Assembly: GCA_030390025.1 (NCBI GenBank)
Contig: CM059438.1
Location: 52,764,001-52,828,000, forward strand
Reading direction: 5' to 3'
Length of the DNA stretch: 64,000 nucleotides
Source: Squalus acanthias
Taxonomy: Eukaryota
Each line of letters starts with the position of its first letter. The first letter of the stretch is position 1. This document shows, piece by piece, positions 52,676 through 64,000 of this stretch. A program made the translations under genes and the position numbers. Below the pieces are notes generated by a model. The model ran no database searches and was not told the DNA's origin. It was given only the letters and a program-made list of their open reading frames with translations.

Positions 52676-54892
52676 CTGGGGTTCCCAAGCTGTGGGACGC
52701 GGGGGTACTCGAGACATCTCTGGGGGGTACGTGGGAGAAATTATCTAATGGTGGATTTTATTTATTAATTATTTTATTTATTGCATTTTTATAAATTCTA
52801 ATCAGACGAAGCTTTAAAATTTTGTGGAAATTCATTATATAAAGTAGTTAATTAACTTCAAAATGTAACAATGAGAACACAGGTACACAGAGAAGATGAC
52901 GTACAGATCCCTCACCTCCAATCACTACAGCGTGGTTTCAGTTAACTATCAACTGTTCAGTTGTGTAAAAAACTTATGACTCAAGCTATCACCTATCACT
53001 CCAAACATTATGGGCCTTGTAGAATTCGCAATATATCGCGATTTTATAAATAAGGAGAAAACACATAGTTTCGTTCAAACAGCTTTATTTCAGCAGAATG
53101 CTGTCAGGTTTTCAAAGTGGGCACAAGCAGCCTGTAAAATGGCCACCACGCCTCGTGGCAGAACATTCTAGACTTTTCGATAAGCAGACAAGATGGCGTT
53201 CCAATAAACATTTGTGCGAGATCGATCAAGACTCAGCACATTTGAGATAATACACGAGACAGTATGGGTTTGCAGTATACACATAAATACTGAAATCGGT
53301 CTCCCAGGTGCGAACAAGGGCTATTGTACCAAGCGATCAAGAACCCATCCAAAGACATTAATATGCAAAATCCCCACGACTCTACGATGAGAGAGCCGTT
53401 TGCGGGTAGTTACAGAAAACATTTGGAAGCCCCAAAACCCCTCCAGGGAGAATACCGACCGGTTACACATTGGAAAAGTATTAACAGGTACTCAGACAGT
53501 TACGAGTATCCCCGAAACCCATTAAAACGGAGATCACCCTATACAAGAAATTTGGGCGCCAAAACCCTAACAAAAGAAAAGACATTAAGGTTGGGCGGGA
53601 AAAGAAGAGTTTTCGCACTATAACTGTAAGCTGCAACCGTCCATCTTTCTCTTATCCTTTCGACTCCTTGCTGCTTGCCTCGTGTCTCTGCCTCTTGCAG
53701 CTTTTAAAGACTGTTGAACTTTACGATCCACCAGGATCAGCCTCGTGGCTTGCCGCGAAGATCTGTGTGGAACTGGGCTGTGAAGCCTTGAAACGGGCAC
53801 ACCATCCCGAGAAGTCGGTAAACGGTGTTGGAACCGAAGGCCCGAGATGAGATGAGATGAGATGAGATGAGATGAGATGAGAAGAGAAGAAGACGACCAT
53901 ACATATCGCCACGGTCAGTAAGCCCCGACCGTGCCTGTAGGTAGAATAGACACTTTCCTTGCCCAGGAAGACCATCTTTGAGTTCTACAGAACTGGCATC
54001 GGAAGACTATTCTTTGAGTTTTATCGAATCAGTGCGAGGGCACAGGAAGACTATTTTTCGAGTCTTTTCGGAACTCCGAGGACAACACAGATCTTCATGA
54101 CAGCAGACGGTCCAGCCTGCTAGCCGGAGCAGAAACGAGTATACAAGTGGGGTACAGAGACCCCTGATCAACACGTGGATGATCAGGTGCTGCGGTAAAA
54201 ACATCCGATCAGAGTTTTCGGAATTCTCCGAGTTATCACGAGTGGTGAGCATGAGTCTCGATCCTACAAATCTAGTTTAGAGCAGGTATTGATAGGGGAG
54301 GGTTTAAGTTTTAAGGATAACTGTAATGTGTGCCCCCATTTACGATGTGTCGTTCGTTCCTCGTTTCCCTGAAATTAGTTACATAACTGCGTGTAAGATT
54401 GTACTGTCATTAATCTGTGCTTATGACATGTATTTCGTAATCTTGAATAATATGCAATAAAGATTTTCCATTTCGTACCATTCAACCGGGTCTACCTGAG
54501 TTTTCTCTCCATTATTGCTCTCGCATCTAAGTCCAGTGTCAGAACCGTAAGGGCGAGTGGGTCGAACCACTCACAGGTGTCTAGTGCTCCCAGACTGGCT
54601 GGAGACCAGAACAGGCAACAAGGCCTAACCCCGCACTAGCACCCAGGCTGAGCACAGAGCCACACGGGACAGAAACCCTTACAGCCTATGCTCGAACAAA
54701 CAACCTCATCCATCACATTAATGGCGAGTAGTACTATTAAGCCATTGTTTGAGTTGTATATGTGTATTATATTTTGTACAATGCTTGGGCTTTAAAGGGG
54801 TTAAAGTATTAAGCCTGTCTGCTGGTAGGGGTATGCGGGCAGCTGGTAAATATGGAAGCTGGTACACAATAAGTAGAGTTTGGGAACCTCTG
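52676..54892. mobile_element. hAT (Charlie-like) MITE, split by a solo LTR
   Basis: TIR CTGGGGTTCCCAAGC / GTTTGGGAACCTCTG; 8-bp TSD TTCTAGGG/TTCAAGGG. Confidence 0.8.
53018..54683 (+). mobile_element. Long solo LTR (1666 bp)
   Basis: TGT...ACA; perfect TSD GCCT; (GAGAT)n near 53845; AATAAA near 54456. Confidence 0.9.
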
Positions 54893-55007
54893 TTCAAGGG
54901 AGTTCCCTATCCTTTGACTATTACCAACCTGCAGCTAATCCTGAGAATGTGCACTCTGTAATTGGAGTTTAATTGTGGATTTCTCAGTTGCTTGGTTTTG
55001 AGACATC

Positions 55008-55400
55008 TTAGGCATGTTGATAGGTTCTGTCTGTGTCAAACACCTGACCAAAAGAAAAATCTCTGTCCACTGCAAAAGGACTGTCCATATTCAGCATATC
55101 GTTACAGAGAATGATACACTTGGTAGTCCCATGTGTTGAATTTTTTTCTGTAGTATTACTTGTAGACAGACAGTACCTTAGGAAATTGGCTGCTGCATAT
55201 TCTGGAAATGAAGATGCTGACTGGTAAGTGTATTCCTTCAAGTTCCAGTGTGCTGTGGCGCCATTAATTTTCCTCAGGAGATTATGACATTCAAACTCAT
55301 CTGGCTCCCAAGTGTGCTTCCCAACCGAACACAGCGCAAGCTCAAGATCTATGGTTAATTTTCCACTTTTGCACTCCTGATAAGGAACTACATCCACCAG
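55008..55400 (-). pseudogene. Possible degenerate hAT (ZNF862-like) transposase C-terminus
   Basis: 'FPEYAAANFLRYCLST...NDMLNMDSP...DFSF' loosely resembles the hAT dimerisation region. Confidence 0.3.
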
Positions 55401-56639
55401 GAACACAAATTGGAAAATTGTCGTGTGTAGCTTGCGGCCTTCCATCCATTCATTTTAATGAATTAATGAATTAATAAAGCATACACTGCTCATGCATGAT
55501 TTCCCAATCTGTACTCTTGGTAGGCACAGCTCCGTGCCGAGAGTACAGAAGCAGAAAATGTAACTTCTAAGGTCGCATGGTACCGCAACTTCTGCGTTTT
55601 GCATCATTTTTTGATCCGACAGGAATCCTACTGGATCGGTGGCAGGGCGGGCTTTGTGCCTAGCATTGCTAAGGTGTTATGACAGGAAATGCGATTTCAG
55701 ATGTCACCCTCTTGTCAGGACATATTCAACATCTGCCATCATTTCCATTTGAAAATCCCTGAAGTGGTGGTGAGCAGCGGGAACCAACAGAAAAACTCTC
55801 CACCCCATTTCCTGTTCCTGCTTGCTGATCAAACTCGCAAAAGGCCTCAATCTTTAAATAAACCTGTGTAAAAACTTTGAACAAAAAATATGTTTAAAAA
55901 ACTTGTTGATAAAGTTACAGAATGTACAAAGCCTATAAACGTTGCAAAAAATGTTTCCCATCCATCTTTATCAAGTTAAAAAAAATCTACAGAAGAATAA
56001 TTTAAGAATGTAGAGTTCCCAGCACAGAGCTCACACTTCAGCAGCTTGTTAACTAAGTGGGGAAGTCAGCACGGCTGAGTTGCAGGGCACAACATTTTTC
56101 ATAAATCAGGCACATTGACCCCGGTGCCCAGATTCCCGTTACATGCTCTTGTCACGCTATGATGTGCCCCAGGAGTGCTGAAATGTAAAATTTACCCCTC
56201 TACCTTTCTCACTTCTACATGTGCCAGGGATAGTGTGCTGCTCTGTAAGTCACAAGATAATTAAACCAATTTTACGAGCATGTGTCCTAGGAGAGAGACT
56301 TGTTCGGGAAAATATGGTTGGCACATACATGAATTTCCAATATGTGCTCCACACGGACAAGACTACCCCTGGGAGTGTAACTCAGAAATTATACCCAGTG
56401 AGTACTAAAACATTCTTAAAACTGTTCAACTTCACCAGTCGTAATCAATGAACAAAGATATCCATTAAAGTGCTCATGCCAAAGTACTGCATTCATTTTA
56501 CAGTTACAGAATACTTTTTTTCAATTTTTTTAATATTTCTAATACAATCTTATATACAACCTTCCATCACATATGAAAATTCAATAGACAAAACATACCA
56601 GAATCTTTTATATATTTTTCTTCACTTTGAGAAAGATAA

Positions 56640-57089
56640 ATAAGAAAGAACTTAGATTTATATAGTGCCCTTCATGATGTCACAAAGCACTGTACAGCCA
56701 ATGAAGTACTTTTAAAGTGTTGTCACTGATGTAATATAGGGAAACACAGCAGCCACAGAATGCACAGCAAGGTCCCACAAACAGCGATGAGATAAATGAT
56801 TTGATCATCTCTTTCAGTTATGTTGGTTGAAAGATAAATGTTGGCCAGGACAACTTCCCTGCTCTTCTTCAAATATTACCATGGAATCTTTCACATCCAC
56901 TTGAGAGGGAAGATAGGGCATCGATTGAGCATTTCATCTGAAAAGCAACACCTCTGACAGTGAAGCACTCCCTCAGTACTGCACTGGACTGTCAGCCTAG
57001 ATTATGTGCTGAAGTCTCTGGAATGGGGCATTAACGCACAACCTTCTGACTGGCGGGTGAGAGTGCTATCAGTGAGCCAAGTCTGACCT
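56640..57089 (-). mobile_element. tRNA-derived Deu-domain SINE (SacSINE1-like)
   Basis: Minus strand: tRNA-like head, Deu core 'GTGGATGTGAAAGATTCCATGG...GAAGAAGAGCAGGG...TGTCCTGGCCAA', L2-like tail. Confidence 0.8.
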
Positions 57090-57184
57090 CTTGCCCCAGT
57101 GTATAATTATCCATTGTAACAATGAAGGAAATAGTTCTTGTAGATCTTGAATATAACATATGGCCAGTTTCATTTTTGGAATCA

Positions 57185-57332
57185 TTATGTGAATTTCCTC
57201 ATAAACCTAAGTTTAATGTATGCTATGGTCAGAAAGGTTATTGTCATGCAGGCAAGTGCAACAATGTTATTCCACATGGCCCAGAAATCAAATCCGCTTC
57301 CTTGCCCACACAAGTACACTTCACCATAACAT
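57185..57332 (-). CDS. abcg2: Terminal coding exon of an ABCG2-family ABC transporter
   Basis: Polypyrimidine tract and AG, then A|TGT (phase 2, as I recall for the human last exon). 'CYGEVYL...WAMWNNIVALACMTITFLTIAYIKLRFMRKFT*' matches the ABCG2 last TM helix and C-terminus. Confidence 0.9.
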
Positions 57333-58116
57333 CTAAAAGCAAAAGAAAAAAAATCCAGTTTCAGATGCACTCAAAAAGCACAAATCATCTCTTAAATAAT
57401 GAACACATGTAAGGGTAAATTTTGCAAAGCTTTAAATGTAATTACTGGAAAATTGGGACCAATCACGAGTCAGGTGCCCCTGACTCCACGCATGATTCTC
57501 TAATCCATAATCCCACCGAGTAAGACTCTCCACTGGGAACATAGCCTTGCAAAATTGACTCTCTAAAGCAAACTAGTACTAGTTCAGTGCTTGAAGATCC
57601 CTAGCAGCACACACAGCAGAGCGGCTGACTCTCAACCAGATACTCACAGATTAAAGTCCCACAATTACCTGTCATTTCTACTTATTTGTACTTAGAGGGG
57701 AAAATGATCTAGCTGGCCCATTAGAGAGATTACCTTGCCATAGTAGAAAATTCCATTTCAGAGATAGAAAAGTGACATTGGGGGAAAAATTCAACTGACA
57801 GCTGCCCATTTTGCACCTGACAAACAGGTGGTTAGCGGGGGCACCTGAAACACCTCTTTGACACCCGTCTGATGCGATATTCAAGTGCGCGTGTAAACGA
57901 ACGAGCAGCCACCTGCCTAAAATAGGTGTATGGCTGCTTAAATATGTAAATTGAGGTCCTATGCCAGTTGTAGGATGCCTATTGCAAAATTCCACATGCT
58001 CCACCTGTTTTACCAGGTGCTGAGTGGCCAAACCAACCGTCCTTAAAGGGACTGCTGGAGGGTGGACAGAAAACGGCCCAAGAATTTTCAATGTTTTATT
58101 TTTATGAGCCCAGGAG

Positions 58117-58274
58117 CAATGTTGCCCCCAATTTTTTTTGGGTGCGCGGTCCCCTTAACAGGCTGCGCGGTCCATTCAAAATTTTGCACATGCGCGAAAT
58201 CTCCCATTTGAAAAGTTGGTCCTGGGCTGCGTGGGACCTCCAGACAGCAGCCGCGCAGCTTAGTGGGAACATTA
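58117..58274. mobile_element. 158-bp hAT MITE
   Basis: TIR CAATGTTGCC / GGGAACATTA; perfect 8-bp TSD CCCAGGAG. Confidence 0.85.
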
Positions 58275-58336
58275 CCCAGGAGTGGCAGCAGTGCTCAATT
58301 TGGTTCCACAAAATGTAACTGTTAAAAAAAGATCTT

Positions 58337-59140
58337 GGGGGAGAAATTCGGTATCACCCCGTTTGGGGCGCAATTATCGGCCGCGCGCAAAGTTTAGCGC
58401 CTGGCGCTAATTATCTCCTCCGACTGCAAACTTGGATTCTATCGCCCCTGGAGGTGATTTGAGCGCTAAATCAGGCGCTACACACCTCTCTTAAGGTGCT
58501 AACGCCGAGGAGCGAGGCGCTACCTCAGAGCGCTGGCGAAGCTCATGTGATGTCAGTTAGCGATGGAACACAGACACACTGGCGCCGGCCAGTTCTTAAG
58601 GGGAGGGTCGATCTTGCTCTCCATCCACACCCTGCTCATTGCAGTCTTGAATCTCGGTCTGGAGAGATCTGTACATCAAATCTGCTGGAAAGAACAATGG
58701 AGAGGGCCCAGGGAAAGAGCTCAGAGTGCAGCCCCCACAGTTTCTTCTAAATCGATGCAAGGAAGATCAAATCAAAATGAACCTGCAAAGTGCTGCTCAG
58801 TACCCAAAACTCCTCAACACAGCGTTGAATATCTGCAGAAGTCTCTCTCACTCAGAATGCGTGGTGCAAAAATGTCGCCGACAAAAAAAGGCAGGAAGCG
58901 GTCGCCTTTAAATAGCACTCCCCCAGTCCCTTCCCGACTGCAAAATGCTCCCCTCAACCTGTCGTCACGATCTGCGGGCGCAGGAGATCGTGGCGGTAGT
59001 GTTTAGTGCCACCGCAAAATGTCTGGTCAATTTCGCGAGTGGCGCAAACATCGCCGCGCCCGGGCGCTAGTTGCTTTGTGTCCCATTAGCGCCCTCTTAA
59101 GGCGCTAACGGGAGGCGCAAACCAACAGAATTTTCCCCCC
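58337..59140. mobile_element. Nested Harbinger MITE (CpG-rich ends)
   Basis: GGGGGAGAAATTC / GAATTTTCCCCC; right end similar to 41400-41498. Confidence 0.75.
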
Positions 59141-59985
59141 GTTACCTTTTGTTGAGTGGCCTCCAGCAGTCCCTTTATGCTAGGCTGTTCAAGACCTGGA
59201 ACAACTGGGAGGAGCCTGCGTGGAGCAAGTTCCGCCCATTTGCTGACCAATTTTTACCGGGGCCCAACAAGTGATGTTAGCACCTCAATTTGCATATGCA
59301 AGGCCTGTTTCAGGTGAGGGCCCAGCACACCTAGAAGCCACTAACTTCCAATTTGACAGTTGTTGCACTTCCGGGGGAGATCAGGCCCCAGAGATTGTGA
59401 CCCAAAATTAGTCACCACAATGTTGAATTTTTCCCAAAAGTCAGGTGTCATGATGTTGAATTTCTCCCCCATTGAGTATAGTTGCAGGTGGCACTGATCA
59501 AGTGGACTACTTTGTCCTGCATGGTGTTGAGCTTCTTGTGTGTTGTTGTAGCTTGCTCTCATCCATGCAAGTGCCAAATATTCCATCACACTACTGACTA
59601 GAGTCTTGTAGATTAGGAGAGGCATTGATGAGTCAGGGAATACACAATATCTGCCCTGCTCTTGTAGCCATGGTGTTGATATGGCTTGTCCTGTTAAACT
59701 TCTGGTCAATGGTGATTTCCAAGTGTTGATAACAGTGGGCTTGGTCATAGTGGTGCCGTTGAGGTCAGGAAAGGTGTTTGGGCCAGGCATTTATGCGGCA
59801 TGAATATTACCTACCATTTGTCAATGGATACAGTAGCCCACAGGTTATGGGGTTATGGTACACATTCCAATACAGGACATATTCAATGTCTAATGTTCCT
59901 TCTAGTGGAAAGTGGCAGGCGGCTGCAGGAAGCCAACAGAATGGTTCTCTACCACATTTCCTGTTTCTTCCCACTGTTCTACCAC

Positions 59986-62900
59986 CTTTTTTTTTATTCG
60001 TTCATGGGATGTGGGTGTCGCTGGCAAGGCCAGCATTTATTGCCCATCCCTAGTTGCCCTTGAGAAGGTGGTGGTGAGCCGCCTTCTTGAACCGCTGCAG
60101 TCCGTGTGGTGAAGGTACTCCCACAGTGCTGTTAGGGAGGGAGTTCCAGGATTTTGACCCAGCGACGATGAAGGAACGGCGATATACTTCTAAGTCAGGA
60201 TGGCGTGTGACTTGGAGGGGGTGGTGTTCCCATGCGCCTGCTGCCCTTGTCCTTCTAGGTGGTAGAGGTCGTGGGTTTGGGAAGTGCTGCTGAAGAAGCC
60301 TTGGCGAGTTGCTGCAGTGCATCTTGTAGATGGTACACACTGCAGCCACGGTACGCCGGTGGTGGAGGAAGTGAAAGTTTAAGGTGGTGGATGGGGTGCC
60401 AATCAAGCGGGCTGCTTTGTCCTGGATGGTGTCGAGCTTCTTGAGTGTTGTTGGAGCTGCACTCATCCAGGCAAGTGGAGAGTATTCCATCACACTCCTG
60501 ACTTGTGCCTTGTAGATGGTGGAAAGGCTTTAGGGAGTCAGGAGGTGAGACACTCGCTGCAGAATACCCAGCCTCTGACCTGCTCTTGTTGCCACAGTAT
60601 TTATGTGGCTGGTCCAGTTAAGTTTCTGGTCAATGGTAACCCCCCAGGATATTGATGGTGGAGGATTCAGCGATGGTAATGCCGTTGAATGTCAAGGGGT
60701 GGTGGTTAGACGCTCGCTTATTGGAGATAGTCATTGCCTGGCACTTGTGTGGCGCGAATGTTACTTGCCACTTATCAGCCCAAGCCTGAATGTCGTCTAG
60801 GTCTTGCTGCATACGGGCATGGATTGCTTCATTATCTGAGGAATTGCGAATGGCACTGAACACTGTGCATTCATCAGCGAACAACCCCACTTTTGACCTT
60901 ATGATGGAGGGAAGGCCATTGATGAAGCAGCTGAAGATGGTTGGCCCTAGGACACTGCCTTGAGGAACTCCTGAAGCGATGTCCTAGGGCTGTGATGAGT
61001 GACCTCCAACCACCACAACCATCTTCCTTTGTGCTGGGTATGACTCCAGCCAGTGGAGAGTTCCCCCCCCAGCTTCCCATTGACTTCAGTTTTACTAGGG
61101 CTCCTTGAGGCCACACTCGGTCAAATGCTGCCTTGATGTCAAGGGCAGTCACTCTCACCTCACCTCTGGAATTCAGCTCTTTTGTCCATGTTTGGACCAA
61201 GGCTGTAATGAAGTCAGTAGCCGAGTGGGCATCAGTGAGCAGGTTATTGGTGAGTAAGTGCAGCTTGATAGTACTGTCGACGACACCTTCCATCACTTTG
61301 CTGATGATTGAGAGTAGACTGATGGGGTGGTAATTGGCCGGATTGGATTTGTCCTGCTTATTGTGGACAGGACATACCTGGGCAGTTTTCCACATTGTCG
61401 GATAGATGCCAGTATTGTAGCTGTACTGGAACAGCTTGGCTAGAGGCTCGGCTAGTTCTGGAGCACATGTCTTCAGCACGACAGCTGGGATGTTGTCGGG
61501 GCCCATAGCCTTTGCTGTATCCAGTGCGGTCAGCCATTTCTTGATTTCATGTGGCGTGAATCGAATTGGCTGAAGACTGGCTTCTGTGATGGTGGGGACC
61601 TCAGGAGTAGGCCGATATGGATCATCCACTCGGCACTTCTGGCTGAAGATGATTCCAAACGCTTCAGCTTTGTCTTTTGCACTCACGTGCTGGGTGCCAC
61701 CATCATTGAGGATGGGGATATTCATGGAGCCTCCTCCTCCGGTTAGTTGTTTAATGGTCCACCACCATTCACAACTGGATGTGGCAGGACTGCAGAGCTT
61801 AGCCCTGTCTATAGAATGCTGCTTCCGCTTTTTAGCATGCATGTAGTCCTGTGTTGCAGCTTCCCCAGGTTGGCACCGCATTTTTAGGTACGCCTGGTGC
61901 TGCTCCCGGCATGCTTTTCTACACTCCTTATTGAACCAGGGTTGGTCCCCTGGCTTGATGGTAATGGTAGAGTGAGGGATATGCCAGGCCATGAGGTTAC
62001 AGATTGTGGTGGAATACAATTCTGCTGCTGCTGATGGCCCACAGCGCCTCATGGATGCCCAGTTTTGAGCTGCTAGATCTCTTCTGAATCTTTCCCATTT
62101 AGGACGGTGGTAGTGCCACACAACACGATGGAGGGTGTCCTCAGTGTAAAGACAGGACTTCGTCTCCACAATGACTGTGTGCTGATCACTGCTACCAATG
62201 CTGTTATGGACAGATGCATCTGCGACAGGTAGATTGGTGAGGACGAGGTCAAGTAGGTGCTTCCCTCATGTTGGTTCTTTCACCACCTATCGCAGGCCCA
62301 GACTGGCAGTTATGTCCTTCAGGACTTGGCCAGCTTGGTCAGTAGTGCTGTTGCCGAGTCACACTTGGTGATGGACATTGAAGTCCCCCAACCAGAGTCC
62401 ATTCTGTGCCCTTCCCCCTCAGTGCTTCTTTCAAGTGGTGTTCAACATGGAGGAGTACTGTTTCATCAGCTGATGGAGGATGGTAGGTGGTAATCAGCAT
62501 GAGGTTTCCTTGCCCATACTTGACCTGAAGCCATGAGACTTCATGGGGTCCGGAGTCAATGTTGAGGACTCCCAGGACCACTCCTTCCTAACTGTATACC
62601 ACTGAGCCGCCACCCTGGTGGGTCTAGCCGGTGGGACAGGACATACCCAGAGATGGTGATGGAGGAGTTTGGGACATTGGCTGAAAGGTATGATTCTGTG
62701 AGTATGACTGTGTCAGGCTGTTGGTTGACTAGTTTGTGGGACAGCTCTCCCAATTTTGGCACAAGTCCCAAGATGTTGGTGAGGAAGACTTTGCAGGGTT
62801 GACTGGGTTGGGTGTGCCGTTGCTGTGTCCGTAGCCGGTACCGAGGTCGATGCCGGGTCGTCCGTCTGGTTTTATTCTTATTGTTTTTCGTAGCAGCTTG

Positions 62901-63215
62901 TTCCACTGAGTGGCTTGTTGGGCCATTTCAGAGGGCAGTTAAGAGTCAACCACATTGCTGTGGGTCTGGAGTCACATATAGGCCAGACCAGGTAAGTATG
63001 GCAGATTTCTTCCCTAAAGGACATTAGTGAACCAGATGGGTTTTTATGACAATCCGATCGTTTCATGGTCACCATTACTGATTCGAGCTTTTTATTTATT
63101 TAACTGAATTTAAATTCCCCAGCTGCTGTGGTGGGATTTGAACTCATGTCGCCGGATCATTAGTCCAGGCCTCTGGATTACTATTCCAGTAACATAACCA
63201 TTATGTTACCGTTCC
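59986..63215 (-). mobile_element. Second near full-length tRNA-headed, ORF2-only LINE
   Basis: Same head (B box GAGTTCAAATCC), leader, EN, RT and tail as 37719-40824. Confidence 0.88.
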
Positions 63216-63239
63216 CTTAAATTGTTAAAGCTTTAAATA

Positions 63240-63755
63240 TACTTGAGCTGATCAAAGAGAGTCAGCATGGATTCATGTCTGACTAATCTAGATGAACTTT
63301 TTGATAAGTGTACTAACATGGTGGACAGGGGAGAGTCTATGGATGTTGTCTAAATGGAGTTCCAGAAGGCTTGTAATCAGGTTCCACACAAGGGATTAAT
63401 AGCAAAAATAAAAGTACACAGATGTAACCTTGTGACAGGGGTTCATAATTGGTTGGGAGGTAGGAGACAGAGAGGAGAGATAAAGGGCATGTACTCTGAT
63501 TGGCGGGATGTGACAAGTGGTCTTCCCCAGTAATCTGTACTGGGGTCTCAGCTTTTCACCACATATATCAATTACTTGAATGAACCAATAGAGAGTTGTA
63601 TATCCACGTTTGCAGATGACATTAAGTCATCAGGCACAGTAAGTTGTTTAGATAAGAGCAAGATATTACAAAAGGACATAGGCAGATTAAGTGCGTGGGA
63701 AAAACTGTTGCAGATGGAGTTGCAAATGGAGTTCAATATGGGGAAGTACGAGGTC
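63240..63755 (+). mobile_element. Old CR1 RT fragment
   Basis: 'SQHGF', 'FQKA', 'ISTFADD'. Confidence 0.75.
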
Positions 63756-64000
63756 GCCACACACCCCACGACCATCTGAAGTGTTCTCAATGGAAGCTCA
63801 CCAACCTTCCACCTCCCAAGTTGCTTCCCCTCCACCCATCTGCTGCTGCTTACGGTGGTTCTGAGCGACCTTTGCCTGCAATAGAAAGGGAAGTGGGTCA
63901 GTGAGTGTGGTGCAATGTGTTTGGGTCATGTGCCTGCCATGGTTAAATAGATGGCAGTGTGTGCAAGGCGTGAGATGTGGGTATGAGTCTTGCAGCAGTG

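Larger units (their letters stand above)
57780..59470. mobile_element. Harbinger MITE with two nested elements
   Basis: TIR GGGGGAAAAATTCAAC / GTTGAATTTCTCCCCC; perfect TSD ATT. Confidence 0.85.

Noticed and set aside
22766..54683. One giant provirus bounded by the two long LTRs
   Set aside because: The copies are inverted and each has its own TSD.
57641..57780. Penultimate abcg2 exon at a GTGAGT donor
   Set aside because: No NEF...FC-like peptide is visible; that exon is probably beyond the window.

Overview
Repeat-dominated vertebrate genomic DNA, almost certainly from a cartilaginous fish (shark/ray), judged by HE1-type V-SINE, HER1/CR1-type LINEs and Deu-domain SINEs. The only clear host coding sequence is the terminal exon of an ABCG2-family gene on the minus strand (57185-57332). 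The rest is deeply nested transposons. These include several CR1 LINEs (one full-length, one with an unbroken ORF2), an L2, a complete but mutated Gypsy LTR retrotransposon (CsRn1-like; Trp PBS, 4-bp TSD), four solo LTRs with TSDs, PIF/Harbinger remnants (DDE transposase plus spliced Myb/SANT gene) and MITEs, hAT MITEs, and Penelope elements carrying minimal hammerhead ribozymes. Two signals are most unusual: (i) an ORF1-less LINE family that in two independent copies starts with a tRNA-derived Pol III head, and (ii) a covarying hairpin with an antisense B-box shared by two otherwise dissimilar long solo LTRs. Family names come from motif recognition, not database searches.
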